A stretch of 63,399 nt of DNA, filler included. It is 11 parts of 11 records of this genome, joined end to end, with 100 filler letters (N's around TTAATTAATTAA, not from the genome) between each part and the next. Parts side by side here need not be neighbours in the genome. Positions count along the whole stretch, not along the records: positions 25,462 to 32,544 come from SRR20825010_4911; positions 32,645 to 36,135 come from SRR20825010_4917; positions 36,236 to 48,782 come from SRR20825010_4920; 8 more parts are not named here. One strand, given 5' to 3'. Both the position numbers and the translations under genes were made by a program. Shown piece after piece: positions 29,907-40,438 of this stretch. Under the pieces are notes generated by a model. The model saw nothing but the letters and a program-made list of their open reading frames with translations, was not told the DNA's origin and did no database searches. The stretch's first letter is position 1. Every line of letters starts with the position of its first letter.

Positions 29907-30497
29907 TTGAGCGGCGACATGACCCCAAGCTACCTGCACCAAGAAGGCTTCCTGCACAAATTTGCCCGCACCTCATGTATCGCAAGCATCACCACGACAG
30001 CTCTCTTTATCGCTGTGCTGGCCGTCTCCTCACAATCAGCTACTGCCGCTCCATATGACCGTCCGGTCGATGCCGAGCCTCTGGGCTTTCCCGATCAGAT
30101 GCGCGGCACCACACTGAGCGATCCCGACGATGCGCTTGCAGCCCCCACGCCCGTGCCACAGGCCACTGGCGATCTCCCCCCGCCATCAGCCGCCCTGCTG
30201 CGTATATCCTTCAGCCCGGAAGATGCGACCCTCGATGATGTCGCATTGGGCGATATTGTTTTCTTCGCCGGAAACCTAAAGTCACGCGGCGGTCGCCTTG
30301 CCTTGAAAGGCTATGCGGGCGAACCGGGCGCTAAAGGGTCCAACGAACGCCGCCTCGCGCTACGCCGCGTGCTGGCCGTGCGCGAACAACTGGTCGATCA
30401 GGGCATCGCACCTGAACGCCTCACCGTCTATGCATTGGGTGGCGTGAAAGACAGCGGCAATCCCGATCGCGTCGATATTGTGCAATCTGGCCGCTAG
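29907..30497 (+). CDS. OmpA-like domain protein (start uncertain)
   Basis: Signal-like hydrophobic stretch, Pro-rich linker, then LRISF...LKGYA...RRLALRRVLAVREQLVDQGI. Confidence 0.75.
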   Translation: MSGDMTPSYLHQEGFLHKFARTSCIASITTTALFIAVLAVSSQSATAAPYDRPVDAEPLGFPDQMRGTTLSDPDDALAAPTPVPQATGDLPPPSAALLRISFSPEDATLDDVALGDIVFFAGNLKSRGGRLALKGYAGEPGAKGSNERRLALRRVLAVREQLVDQGIAPERLTVYALGGVKDSGNPDRVDIVQSGR

Positions 30498-30508
30498 GAG
30501 AGCGACAC

Positions 30509-31480
30509 ATGGCAAAAGACTATTCAGACGGAACATCGCTTTCCAACGCGCGCCCCTATCTCATGCGCATGTTCATCTTTCTGGTACTGACGGGTCTGTT
30601 GCTGGTCATTCTCTCGCCGCAACTCAAGATCGCTTTCTTCACCAATCCGGGCTTGAACGGCCTCATCATTTTCGTCCTTGTCATGGGCATCCTCTATGCC
30701 TTCCGGCAGGTCATGGCGCTGGGGCCGGAAGTACGCTGGGTCAATAATTTCCGCCGCGCCGATCCGGGTATCGGTGTCAGCGGTCGTCCGCCTGCCCTGC
30801 TCGCCCCCATGGCCACCATGCTGGGCGACCGCAAAGGCCGGATGCAGCTCAACGCGCTCTCCATGCGCTCCATCCTGGACAGTCTCGGCTCCCGTCTCGA
30901 CGAACAGCGCGAAACCTCGCGCTACATGATCGGCCTGCTCATCTTTCTGGGCCTGCTCGGCACCTTCTGGGGCTTGCTCAACACCATCAATTCAGTTGGC
31001 GACACGGTGAAAAACCTCTCCGTCGAGGCAGGCGATCCCGTTGTCGTCTTCCAGAACCTCAAGGCAGGTCTTGAAGGACCGCTGGCGGGCATGGGAACGT
31101 CGTTCTCCTCCTCGCTTTTCGGTCTCGCCGGATCGCTGGTCTTGGGCTTTCTTGATCTTCAGGCAGGCCACGCTCAAAACCGCTTCTATAACGAGCTTGA
31201 AGAATGGCTCTCCACCGTCACCGATCTCAGCAATGATTTCGAGCGTGGCCCCGGCATGCTGGGCGATACGGTCAAACGGCTTGAGCGTATTGAACAAGCA
31301 CTGACAGGCAGTGCGGCGGCAGCAGGCGGTGCCAATAATGCGTCTCTCATGGCACTGGCAGGCCAGATCACGGCTCTCACCGAGCATATGCGCGAGGAAC
31401 AGAAACTCGTCAAACGCATGGCCGAAAATCAGGAAGCCATCGCCCCGCTCCTCGAACGTCTTGCCAAACAGGGCAAGTAG
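30509..31480 (+). CDS. MotA/TolQ/ExbB-like membrane protein, non-flagellar
   Basis: LIFLGLLGTFWGL...LAGMGTSFSSSLFGLAGS proton-channel signature; C-terminal coiled coil. Confidence 0.85.
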   Translation: MAKDYSDGTSLSNARPYLMRMFIFLVLTGLLLVILSPQLKIAFFTNPGLNGLIIFVLVMGILYAFRQVMALGPEVRWVNNFRRADPGIGVSGRPPALLAPMATMLGDRKGRMQLNALSMRSILDSLGSRLDEQRETSRYMIGLLIFLGLLGTFWGLLNTINSVGDTVKNLSVEAGDPVVVFQNLKAGLEGPLAGMGTSFSSSLFGLAGSLVLGFLDLQAGHAQNRFYNELEEWLSTVTDLSNDFERGPGMLGDTVKRLERIEQALTGSAAAAGGANNASLMALAGQITALTEHMREEQKLVKRMAENQEAIAPLLERLAKQGK

Positions 31481-31491
31481 GAGCAACGCCT

Positions 31492-32499
31492 ATGCCCAAT
31501 TCCAGACGTATCAGAGGACGCGCGCCCAGCGGCGACTATTGGCCCGGCTTTGTCGATGCCATGTCGAGCCTGCTGCTTGTCCTGATTTTTCTGCTGACGC
31601 TTTTCATGCTGACGCAATTCGTTCTCTCGCAACTCGTCTCCAACAAGGACGATGCGCTGCAATCGCTCCGCAGCCAGATCGCCGAACTGGTCAGCCAGCT
31701 TGCCATGTCGAAGCAGGAAAACACTGACCTGCAAACAACCATTGCAAGCCTCCAGATCGATCTCGCCGATGCGCTTTCACAAAAAGAAAAGCTCGCTGCC
31801 GCCGCAGGTGACGGCGACAAGATGGCTCTACTCAATAGCGAATTGGACAAGCAGAAGCAGATTTCCAACGAGGCTCTCTCGCAAGTCGAATTGCTGAACC
31901 AGCAAATCAGCGCCTTGCGCCGACAGCTGGCAACACTGGAAGCTGCTCTTGATGCCTCCGAGCAGCGCGACCGCGAAAGTCAGGCCCAGATTGCCAATCT
32001 CGGCAAAAGACTCAACGCCGCCCTTGCCCAGAAGGTGCAGGAACTGGCGCGCTATCGCTCCGAGTTTTTCGGACGCTTGCGTGAAATTCTCGGCAACCGG
32101 CCCGACATCGAAATTGTCGGCGACCGCTTTGTCATCCAGTCCGAAATCCTGTTCGACAGCGGCTCGGCAGACCTCAATCCCTCAGGCATCAGCCAGTTGC
32201 GCAAGATCACGGATGCCGTGCGCGAGATTGCGGCCCAGATACCCGAAGATCTCAACTGGGTCATCCGTATTGACGGCCACACGGACGCAAATCCGATCAA
32301 TACCGCACAGTTCCCGTCCAACTGGTATCTCTCCAGCGCACGCGCCATCGCGGTTGTGAATTTCATGGTTGAGGAAGGCGTCGCGCCCAATCATCTGGTA
32401 GCCGCAGGCTTCGGCGAATTCCAGCCGCTTGCCAAAGGCTCAAGCGCCGACGCCTTGAAACGCAACCGCCGCATCGAATTCAAATTGACCGAGAGATAG
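31492..32499 (+). CDS. MotB/OmpA-like peptidoglycan-binding protein with long coiled coil
   Basis: DYWPGFVDAM TM with Asp, coiled coil, then IDGHTD...NWYLSSARA...NRRIEFKL. Confidence 0.88.
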   Translation: MPNSRRIRGRAPSGDYWPGFVDAMSSLLLVLIFLLTLFMLTQFVLSQLVSNKDDALQSLRSQIAELVSQLAMSKQENTDLQTTIASLQIDLADALSQKEKLAAAAGDGDKMALLNSELDKQKQISNEALSQVELLNQQISALRRQLATLEAALDASEQRDRESQAQIANLGKRLNAALAQKVQELARYRSEFFGRLREILGNRPDIEIVGDRFVIQSEILFDSGSADLNPSGISQLRKITDAVREIAAQIPEDLNWVIRIDGHTDANPINTAQFPSNWYLSSARAIAVVNFMVEEGVAPNHLVAAGFGEFQPLAKGSSADALKRNRRIEFKLTER

Positions 32500-32544
32500 C
32501 AAAGCTATCTCTCGGTCATGCGCAGGCTTGACCCGCGTATCCAC

Positions 32545-32644
32545 NNNNNNNNNNNNNNNNNNNNNNNNNNNNNNNNNNNNNNNNNNNNTTAATTAATTAA
32601 NNNNNNNNNNNNNNNNNNNNNNNNNNNNNNNNNNNNNNNNNNNN
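32545..32644. other. Artificial contig linker
   Basis: N44-TTAATTAATTAA-N44. Confidence 0.99.
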
Positions 32645-33262
32645 TTCGGCGCGGCCTTTGTGCTCTTCGGTGCCGACATTCAGCAGACCAACCCGTGGTT
32701 TGGTCAGCGCCAGACCGTTGCGGGCATAGGCCGAGCCCATCAGTGCGTATTGTAAAAGGTCTTCGGCGTCGGCGCGGATATCCGCGCCTACGTCAAGCAT
32801 CACGTTGAACCCCTGCGGGTTGCGGGAGGGCCAGAGAATCGCAATGGCGGGGCGGTTCACACCGGGCAATTTGCGCAGGCGGATCATCGACAGCGCCATC
32901 AGCGCGCCGGTATTGCCGCAGCTGACCGCTACGGTGGCCTCACCCGCGCGCACCGATTCCAGCGCCGACCACATAGAGGTGCCCTTGCCATGCCGCATGA
33001 CCTGACTGGGCTTGTCCTCCATGCTCACGACGCCCTGGGCGTCGCGAATCTGGCACCGTTCGCTCAGCCCGCGCCGCCGTTGGACAAGCTTATCAAGCTC
33101 ATCCGCAGGACCGTGCAGGATGAAATCCAGCTCGGGATTGATGCCGGCAGACGTGTAAATACCGGCGACTACAGCCGCCGGTCCCCGGTCTCCGCCCATG
33201 GCGTCGACCGAGATCACGATGCGAGACGAGTCGGAGCCTCGGTGGTCCTTCGGAGAAGACAT
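32645..33262 (-). CDS. plsX: Phosphate acyltransferase PlsX (3'-partial)
   Basis: ISVDAMGGD, SCGNTGALM, LLNVGTEEHKG. Confidence 0.95.
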
Positions 33263-33290
33263 TCAACAGGCGTCCCGACGGGAAGATCGC

Positions 33291-33497
33291 TTAGGCGGCG
33301 TCTTCGTCCAGTTCGATGTCGTCAGTCATCGCAACAACTTCGCGCTCAGCGTAGTGGCCGCAGGACGGGCAGACGTGATGCGGGCGCTTCAGCTCGCCGC
33401 AGTTGTCGCATTCGTTCGGGTTGGCGCCGGAAAGGGCGTCATGCGCGCGACGGTTGTTGCGACGCGACTTGGAAACTTTGTTCTGTTGGACAGCCAT
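33291..33497 (-). CDS. rpmF: 50S ribosomal protein L32
   Basis: [19 protein letters not shown]...CDNCG...HHVCPSCG. Confidence 0.97.
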   Translation of the reverse strand: MAVQQNKVSKSRRNNRRAHDALSGANPNECDNCGELKRPHHVCPSCGHYAEREVVAMTDDIELDEDAA

Positions 33498-33651
33498 GTC
33501 TCAACCTTTTTTGTCGCCGGGGGGCGGGGCCGCCCGTGGTGTTTCGGATGGGGACATGTCGCGAAGCCTGCAAAGGCTCGCATCGACATGTGCCTGACGT
33601 AGTCTTGAGCGCGCGAAAATACGCGGTAACGCCGAATTGGCAAGCGAATTC

Positions 33652-34230
33652 TCAGCCCTCATTGCCGTCGTCTTGCATTTTTTCGCGTAGGGCCGCAAGC
33701 CCCGCAAACGGCTTGGTCTCTTCATCGGTGATGGGGGCGACGCCATCTGCGGCAAACTGCGCCTCTCCCATTTCGACGCCCGTCTTGCGCGGGTATGTGG
33801 GCAGCGCCAACGACAGTGCCTCTAGCATGATGCCCTCGACGTCGATTTCGTCGCCCAGCACCTCTATAGTGTCATCGTCGGGCATTTCGGTTTCTGACCC
33901 GGCTTCGGGCGAGTCCAGCCGTTCGGGCGGCAAGAAGTCGCGCACGACCGTCGTGTCGATCCGGGTTGTCACCGGTTCCAGCGTTACAATGCAGGCCTGC
34001 ACTGCCGTGGCGCCCAGTTCGGCCTCTAGCCGCCAGCCGGTTTTGCCCATCGGCGACAGTTTTCCATCGAATCGCAACTTGCGTAGCGCCTCGGCCCCCA
34101 GTTCGGTGGCATAGCGGGCGCGATCCTTGGGGCCGGGTTCCAGACGCACCGGCGTCGATCCGGTATGTCGGAGGCTGGCGACGCGCAGTCGCGTGGCGGT
34201 CAAACGGCCTTCGGAGGGATCGGTGGTCAT
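33652..34230 (-). CDS. DUF177/YceD family protein
   Basis: QACIVTLEPV, EALSLALPTYPRK, KPFAGLAAL; position upstream of rpmF. Confidence 0.9.
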   Translation of the reverse strand: MTTDPSEGRLTATRLRVASLRHTGSTPVRLEPGPKDRARYATELGAEALRKLRFDGKLSPMGKTGWRLEAELGATAVQACIVTLEPVTTRIDTTVVRDFLPPERLDSPEAGSETEMPDDDTIEVLGDEIDVEGIMLEALSLALPTYPRKTGVEMGEAQFAADGVAPITDEETKPFAGLAALREKMQDDGNEG

Positions 34231-34319
34231 TGCGTCGGCTTTTCCTGTGCTTGAATGGCGGGCGTTCCTTATGTAAGCGGGATAGGTGGCAGAAGGGCCC
34301 GTGACAAGAGGGGCGTGAC

Positions 34320-34778
34320 ATGATCAGTTTTGCAGGCAAGATGAAGGTTCTCGTTGCGTTAGGGGTGCTGGTGGCGCTCTCGGCGTGCGCTGCACAGTAC
34401 CGGACGCATGGTTACCTCCCTTCGGAGGAAGACCTGCAACAGATCGTGCCTGGCATCGACACCAGGGCCTCGGTCGAGGATATGATCGGTGTTCCCAACG
34501 CCGCCGGCGTTCTGAACGGGGCAGGGTACTACTATATAGAGACCGAAGTGCGCCACTTTGCCTATCAAAAGCCGAAAGTGATCGAACGGACCATCGTCGC
34601 CGTCACCTTTGATGAGACCGACGTAGTCCGGAATATAGCCACCTACGGGCTGGAGGATGGGCGCGTCGTGACCATCAACCGCCGTGTGACCCAGACAACC
34701 GACGGCGATATCAGCTTTATCCGCAAATTGTTCGGCAACGTGGGCGGCATCTCGGCGGCCGGTCTTTTCGGCGACTGA
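34320..34778 (+). CDS. bamE: Outer membrane protein assembly factor BamE (lipoprotein)
   Basis: LSAC lipobox, HGY...G.DTRASVEDMIGVP; divergent from the DUF177 gene. Confidence 0.85.
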   Translation: MISFAGKMKVLVALGVLVALSACAAQYRTHGYLPSEEDLQQIVPGIDTRASVEDMIGVPNAAGVLNGAGYYYIETEVRHFAYQKPKVIERTIVAVTFDETDVVRNIATYGLEDGRVVTINRRVTQTTDGDISFIRKLFGNVGGISAAGLFGD

Positions 34779-34885
34779 TCGCGGCCTTTTCCGGCTTTTT
34801 GCAACCGTCATTTGATTGTCACGCGGTTTTGGCATCTCGTCACAGACACGGACGTGCGAGTCGCACGCCGGGCAGGAGCGAGCGG

Positions 34886-35614
34886 ATGATCCAGTTGACA
34901 CGCGGCCGCTATCGCGCACGCATGGCTGACACAGACGCGGATATCCTTGCGGCGCAGAGCCTGCGCGGCTGTGCCTTTCACGGGGGCGGCGTGGACAAGG
35001 ATCGGTTTGATGCGATCTGTGACCATGTCCTGATCGAAGAAACCCGCAGTGGCTCTCTGGTTTGCTGTTTTCGTTTTTTGCCGCTGGCCAGCGGCGATGA
35101 GATCGGGCGCAGCTATTCGGCGCAATATTACGAGCTATCCGCGCTCGAATCCTTTTCGGGACCGATGGTGGAGATGGGGCGCTTTTGTATCGATCCCGAT
35201 TTGCGGGACCCGGACATCCTGCGCGTGGCATGGGGCGCAATGACGGCCTATGTCGACGACAAGGGCGTTGAGCTATTGTTCGGGTGTGCCAGTTTCGCTG
35301 GCACGGACGCGCACGCCTATGATGATGCGTTTGCCATGCTCAAGGCGCGTCATCTTGCGCCGCGTCGATGGCTGCCACGCGTTAAGGCACCAGATGTCTT
35401 TCGTTTTGCCCAACGTCTGCGGCTCAAACCGGATGCAAAACAAGCCATGCTGCGGATGCCGCCGCTGTTGCGCACCTATCTGATGATGGGCGGATGGGTT
35501 AGCGATCACGCTGTCGTGGATGCGCAGATGAACACGCTGCATGTGTTTACTGGGGTCGAGATTGCAGCCATTCCTCCGGCCCGCAAAAAGCTGCTGCGCG
35601 CGGTTGTGGGCTAA
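34886..35614 (+). CDS. GNAT N-acyltransferase, OlsB-like (ornithine lipid synthesis)
   Basis: DKDRFDAICDHVLI, EMGRFCI, LLFGCASF, PPLLRTYL. Confidence 0.8.
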   Translation: MIQLTRGRYRARMADTDADILAAQSLRGCAFHGGGVDKDRFDAICDHVLIEETRSGSLVCCFRFLPLASGDEIGRSYSAQYYELSALESFSGPMVEMGRFCIDPDLRDPDILRVAWGAMTAYVDDKGVELLFGCASFAGTDAHAYDDAFAMLKARHLAPRRWLPRVKAPDVFRFAQRLRLKPDAKQAMLRMPPLLRTYLMMGGWVSDHAVVDAQMNTLHVFTGVEIAAIPPARKKLLRAVVG

Positions 35615-35679
35615 GCCTATTGCACAGCGGTTTCGCTTGTCCGCTTGACGCCGCGCCCGCGCTTGCCTAGCTGGCCTGC

Positions 35680-36135
35680 ATGGCAACACCTCCTCTCCTT
35701 CAACTCACCGATGTCTCGCTCACCTTTGGCGGAAACCCTGTGTTCGACAACCTGTCGTTGACCGTCCATCAGGGCGACCGTGTCGCGCTGGTGGGTCGCA
35801 ACGGGTCCGGAAAATCCACCTTGATGAAGGTCATGGCCGGGTTGGTCGAACCCGACCGGGGTGCCCGCGTCGTGCCGACCGGCTCTTCGGTTGGATATAT
35901 GGAACAAGAGCCTGATCTGTCGGGGTTTGAGACTCTGGGGGACTTTGCCGCCTCGGAACTTGCGGCCTCGGAAATGTACCGGGTCGAGCGCGCCTCCGAA
36001 GGGTTGAAATTCGACCCCGACCGCCCGGTTTCCACTGCATCAGGAGGCGAGCGGCGCCGCGCTGCTCTGGCCAAACTGATGGCAGAGGCACCCGACCTTA
36101 TGCTGTTGGATGAGCCGACCAACCACCTTGATATC
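35680..36135 (+). CDS. ABC-F family ATPase (Uup-like), 3'-partial
   Basis: GRNGSGKST, SGGERRR, LLDEPTNHLDI. Confidence 0.9.
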
Positions 36136-36235
36136 NNNNNNNNNNNNNNNNNNNNNNNNNNNNNNNNNNNNNNNNNNNNTTAATTAATTAANNNNNNNNN
36201 NNNNNNNNNNNNNNNNNNNNNNNNNNNNNNNNNNN
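36136..36235. other. Artificial contig linker
   Basis: N44-TTAATTAATTAA-N44. Confidence 0.99.
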
Positions 36236-36236
36236 C

Positions 36237-37064
36237 GACCATCGCTGCACCTTCTGCATCATTCCATTCGGGCGAGGAAATTCTCGTAGCGTCCCAGCAG
36301 GTGAGATCGTGCACCAGATCCGTGTGCTGGTGGAGAACGGCTATCGCGAAGTTGTCCTGACCGGCGTCGATATCACTTCTTACGGCTCAGACCTACCCGG
36401 CCACCCGAGCCTCGGAAATCTGGCAACCCGCATCCTGAAACTGGTACCCGAGCTGGACCGCCTGCGCATCTCGTCAATCGACTCGATTGAGGCCGATGAT
36501 GCATTGATGCGTCTCATCGCCGAAGAAGAGCGTCTTATGCCGCACCTGCATCTGTCGTTGCAATCGGGTGACAATATGATTCTGAAACGCATGAAACGCC
36601 GCCATGCACGCGAAGACTCAATTCGGTTCTGCGAAGACGTACGCCGTCTGCGACCGGACATTGCCTTTGGTGCCGATTTCATCGCCGGCTTCCCTACCGA
36701 AACCGAAGAGATGTTCGAAAATACATTACGGCTTGCAGACGAATGTGGCCTCACCTGGCTGCATGTCTTTCCCTTCAGCCCGCGCCCCGGCACACCAGCA
36801 GCGCGCATGCCACAGCTTGACCGTAGCCTTATCAAATCCCGCGCTGAACGTCTGCGCACCAAGGGTCAAATGCGCCTTAGCGCCCATCTCGATGCAGGAT
36901 TAGGACGGACAGTGCCCGTGCTGATGGAAACAGAAATACTCGGACGCACGAATCAGTTCACACCGGTGCGCCTTAGCGCGGCAGGGCTCAATGCCGGAGA
37001 CATTCTGCCGGTCCATCTGGCAGCCCATGACGGACAAAGCTTTGAAGGTCAGCTAGCAGTATGA
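36237..37064 (+). CDS. mtaB: tRNA methylthiotransferase MtaB (5'-partial)
   Basis: DHRCTFCIIPFGRGNSRS radical-SAM motif, LHLSLQSG, HVFPFSPRPGTPAA; upstream of ftsY. Confidence 0.9.
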   Translation, partial: DHRCTFCIIPFGRGNSRSVPAGEIVHQIRVLVENGYREVVLTGVDITSYGSDLPGHPSLGNLATRILKLVPELDRLRISSIDSIEADDALMRLIAEEERLMPHLHLSLQSGDNMILKRMKRRHAREDSIRFCEDVRRLRPDIAFGADFIAGFPTETEEMFENTLRLADECGLTWLHVFPFSPRPGTPAARMPQLDRSLIKSRAERLRTKGQMRLSAHLDAGLGRTVPVLMETEILGRTNQFTPVRLSAAGLNAGDILPVHLAAHDGQSFEGQLAV

Positions 37065-38050
37065 GTGAGACAGATACAGGCACACCGGAAGAACAAAAGA
37101 AGCGCTCTCTGTTCCAGCGGATGAAAGAAGGTCTGTCGCGTTCGACACGCACGATTTCCGATGGCATCACCGGCATTTTCACCAAAAAAAAGCTCGACCG
37201 TGCCACGCTTGATGATCTGGAAGATCTTTTGATAAGCGCCGACCTCGGCCTTGAAGCCTCCGCTGAGATTGTTGCGGCCGTTGGCAAAGGCCGCCATGAC
37301 AAAGAAGTCACGGCTGAAGAAATCCGCGAGATCGTGGCCGACGAAATCGAGAAGGTATTGGCGCCTATTGCGCTCCCCTTCAAAATCGATGAAGCCCGCA
37401 AGCCCTTCACGGTCTTAATGGTTGGTGTCAACGGAGCAGGCAAGACAACCACTGCAGCCAAAATTGCAGCACGGGCAAAAGCCGACGGAAAGTCTGTCAT
37501 GCTTGCCGCCGGCGACACATTTCGCGCCGCAGCCGTCGAACAGCTCAAGGTCTGGGGCGAGAGGCTCAACGTACCTGTCGTTTCCACAAAAATCGGAGGA
37601 GACGCCGCAGGCCTTGCCTATGAGGCATTGGCGCGGGCACGCAGCGAACAAACAGATCTTCTACTCATCGACACGGCAGGTCGATTGCAGAACAAGACCG
37701 ACCTTATGTCGGAGCTTGAGAAAATCCTCCGGGTAATCCGCAAACTCGACCCCGACGCACCACACGCAACTTTGCTGGTGCTTGATGCAACCACCGGCCA
37801 GAACGCGATCAATCAGGTTGATATTTTCGGCAAGACAGCAGGCGTCACCGGCCTCGTCATGACAAAACTCGATGGTACGGCGCGCGGCGGCATTCTAGTG
37901 GCAATTGCAAAGCGCTTTGCTCTGCCAGTCCATCTTATCGGTATCGGCGAACAGATTGATGATCTCCAGCCCTTCGACGCCAAGACATTCGGTCGTGCGA
38001 TCACTGGCGTTGCTGGCACCGCAGGCGAAATCAAGAACGGAACAAAATGA
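37061..38050 (+). CDS. ftsY: Signal recognition particle receptor FtsY
   Basis: GVNGAGKTTT, DTFRAAA, DTAGR, TKLDGTARGG. Confidence 0.97.
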   Translation: MSETDTGTPEEQKKRSLFQRMKEGLSRSTRTISDGITGIFTKKKLDRATLDDLEDLLISADLGLEASAEIVAAVGKGRHDKEVTAEEIREIVADEIEKVLAPIALPFKIDEARKPFTVLMVGVNGAGKTTTAAKIAARAKADGKSVMLAAGDTFRAAAVEQLKVWGERLNVPVVSTKIGGDAAGLAYEALARARSEQTDLLLIDTAGRLQNKTDLMSELEKILRVIRKLDPDAPHATLLVLDATTGQNAINQVDIFGKTAGVTGLVMTKLDGTARGGILVAIAKRFALPVHLIGIGEQIDDLQPFDAKTFGRAITGVAGTAGEIKNGTK

Positions 38051-38670
38051 GCGAGCAAACAAAAAACGGAAATGAGCCACTACTTCGTATGGGGCTGGAA
38101 ATCGGACCGCTAATTGTTTTCTTTCTGGCCAACTCGCAGGCAAACCGGATTTTCGGAAACGACCCATCGCAGAACATCTTTTATGCGACGGGTATCTTCA
38201 TGGTGGCCATCACACTCTCGCTGGTCGTCTCATATATGCGATTTCGCAAAATACCCACTATGCCGCTAGTCACAGGTGTCTTCGTGCTTGTCTTTGGCAC
38301 GCTCACACTGGTTTTGCATGACGAGCTTTTCATCAAGATCAAACCGACGCTCGTAAATTTGCTCTTCTCAAGCGCTTTGCTCGTTGCGGCCTATTTAGGC
38401 AAGCCGCTAATGAAGGTGCTTTTCGACAGCGCCTTCGATCTGACCGAAGAAGGCTGGATGATCCTCACAAAGCGCTGGGGGTTCTTTTTTCTCTTCCTCG
38501 CCATCATAAACGAAGTGCTATGGCGCAATTTCTCGACAGATTTCTGGCTTCAGTTCAAGATCTTCGGGATCATGCCAATCACCATCATTTTCGCGATGGC
38601 GCAGGTCAGCGTACTAACCCGCTACGCCACCCAAAAGCCGGACAGCTCGGATTCCGATAACGCCGCCTGA
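38047..38670 (+). CDS. yciB: Inner membrane protein YciB/IspZ
   Basis: LEIGPLIVFF, FIKIKPT, FKIFG. Confidence 0.9.
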   Translation: MSEQTKNGNEPLLRMGLEIGPLIVFFLANSQANRIFGNDPSQNIFYATGIFMVAITLSLVVSYMRFRKIPTMPLVTGVFVLVFGTLTLVLHDELFIKIKPTLVNLLFSSALLVAAYLGKPLMKVLFDSAFDLTEEGWMILTKRWGFFFLFLAIINEVLWRNFSTDFWLQFKIFGIMPITIIFAMAQVSVLTRYATQKPDSSDSDNAA

Positions 38671-38687
38671 CCAGATCACCCGTCCCG

Positions 38688-40343
38688 TCAGTCAAGAATA
38701 TTGCGATCTTTTGTTTCCGGCAGGAAGGCAATTCCGACCACGAAACAAACTGCCGCAATAATGATCGGATACCAAAGCCCATCATACATACTGCCCGTTG
38801 CCGCAATTATCGCAAAGGCAACCGGCGGCATGAATCCGCCGAACCAACCATTGCCTATGTGATAAGGCAATGACAGTGATGAATAGCGGATACGGGTCGG
38901 AAACAACTCGACCAGCATCGCCGCGATTGGCCCATAGGTCATTGCACCGAAAATCACCAACACACCGATCAACAAAACAATCATGGGTTTGTTGATCTCG
39001 TCATCAGCAGCCGAAGCGGGATAACCGGCATCTTTGAGGGCCACACCAAGCGCCTGATTGAACACGACCATCTTTTGCGCTGCATCTACATCGGTGGCGT
39101 CGTAGGAAACAATCACGGTGCCACCCACATGTATCTCAGCGACACCACCGGCGACCGCACGATTATCGTAAGGCACACCACTTTTGACGAGTGCTGTCTT
39201 GGCCACATCGCAGGGTGTGGTGAAAGCAGATGTACCCACAGGATTAAATTGCAATGAACACGTATCAGGATCGGCCACAACAGTGACTGGCGCTTTTGCC
39301 TGCGCCAATTCCAGAGCCGGATTGGCGTAATGCGTAATGGCTTGAAAAATCGGCATATAGGTAATAGCGGCCAGCAAGCAGCCCGCCATGATGATCGGCT
39401 TACGCCCGATCTTATCCGACAGAATGCCGAAAATAACAAAGAAGGGTGTTCCGATCACCAATCCTCCGGCTACCAAAATAGTGGCGGTCAGGCCATCCAC
39501 CTTCAATACTTGAGTCAGAAAAATCAGAGCATAGAACTGACCTGTATACCAAACCACGGCCTCGCCCATCGCCAAACCGAACAGGGCGATCAGAACGATC
39601 TTGAGGTTAGACCAGCGGGCGAAGCTATCGCGTAGCGGCATCGAAGAACCTTTGCCCTCTTCCTTCATTTTCTTGAAGGCAGGGGACTCATCCAACCGCA
39701 TACGAATCCAAACAGAAATAGCCAGCAAGACAACAGAGAGCAGGAAGGGGACGCGCCATCCCCATGCTTCAAATGTTTCCGGTTCCATAACCGCGCGACA
39801 CGCCATGATAACGATCAGAGACAGAAACAAACCTGCTGTCGCCGTCATCTGAATCCATGAAGTGTACGCCCCACGTTTACCGGCTGGTGCATGTTCGGCC
39901 ACATAGGTCGCCGCCCCGCCATATTCGCCGCCAATGGCCAGACCCTGCGCCATGCGCAAAATAACAAGCGCGATCGGGGCAAGTATTCCGACCGAGGAAT
40001 AGGTGGGCAGCAAACCGACCAGAAAAGTCGAGAAGCCCATGATCAGGATGGTGACCAGAAAAGTGTATTTTCGACCAACCATATCCCCCAACCGCCCGAA
40101 GACCAGCGCTCCGAAGGGACGCACTGCAAATCCAGCCGCAAAGACGAGAAGCGCAAAAATGAAAGCCGTCGTGTCATTAAGACCGGAGAAAAACTGTTTC
40201 GAGAAAATCGCCGCCAATGCCCCATAGACGAAAAAATCGTACCACTCGAACATCGTGCCCAGAGAAGAGGCAAATACAACACGGCGTTCGTCGGGCGTCA
40301 TGCGCCCCTTGTCGCCACTTTCCACTACTGACGTTTTTATCAC
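38688..40343 (-). CDS. MFS transporter, metabolite:H+ symporter family
   Basis: SSLGTMFEWYDFF, GRLGDMVGRK, GGEYGGA, ELFPTRIRY. Confidence 0.92.
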   Translation of the reverse strand: MIKTSVVESGDKGRMTPDERRVVFASSLGTMFEWYDFFVYGALAAIFSKQFFSGLNDTTAFIFALLVFAAGFAVRPFGALVFGRLGDMVGRKYTFLVTILIMGFSTFLVGLLPTYSSVGILAPIALVILRMAQGLAIGGEYGGAATYVAEHAPAGKRGAYTSWIQMTATAGLFLSLIVIMACRAVMEPETFEAWGWRVPFLLSVVLLAISVWIRMRLDESPAFKKMKEEGKGSSMPLRDSFARWSNLKIVLIALFGLAMGEAVVWYTGQFYALIFLTQVLKVDGLTATILVAGGLVIGTPFFVIFGILSDKIGRKPIIMAGCLLAAITYMPIFQAITHYANPALELAQAKAPVTVVADPDTCSLQFNPVGTSAFTTPCDVAKTALVKSGVPYDNRAVAGGVAEIHVGGTVIVSYDATDVDAAQKMVVFNQALGVALKDAGYPASAADDEINKPMIVLLIGVLVIFGAMTYGPIAAMLVELFPTRIRYSSLSLPYHIGNGWFGGFMPPVAFAIIAATGSMYDGLWYPIIIAAVCFVVGIAFLPETKDRNILD

Positions 40344-40438
40344 CCTGCCCCCTCAGATTTTTGTTTGCAGGCAGAATGCAGCGAACGGACAAACTGGTCT
40401 AGACCCGATCGTCCATTAAAAATGGATGGTTCATGGAT

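Noticed and set aside
30509-32499. Zorya anti-phage system
   Set aside because: No zorC/D/E, the MotA-like tail is short, and the context is housekeeping; kept only as a ZorAB-like motor pair
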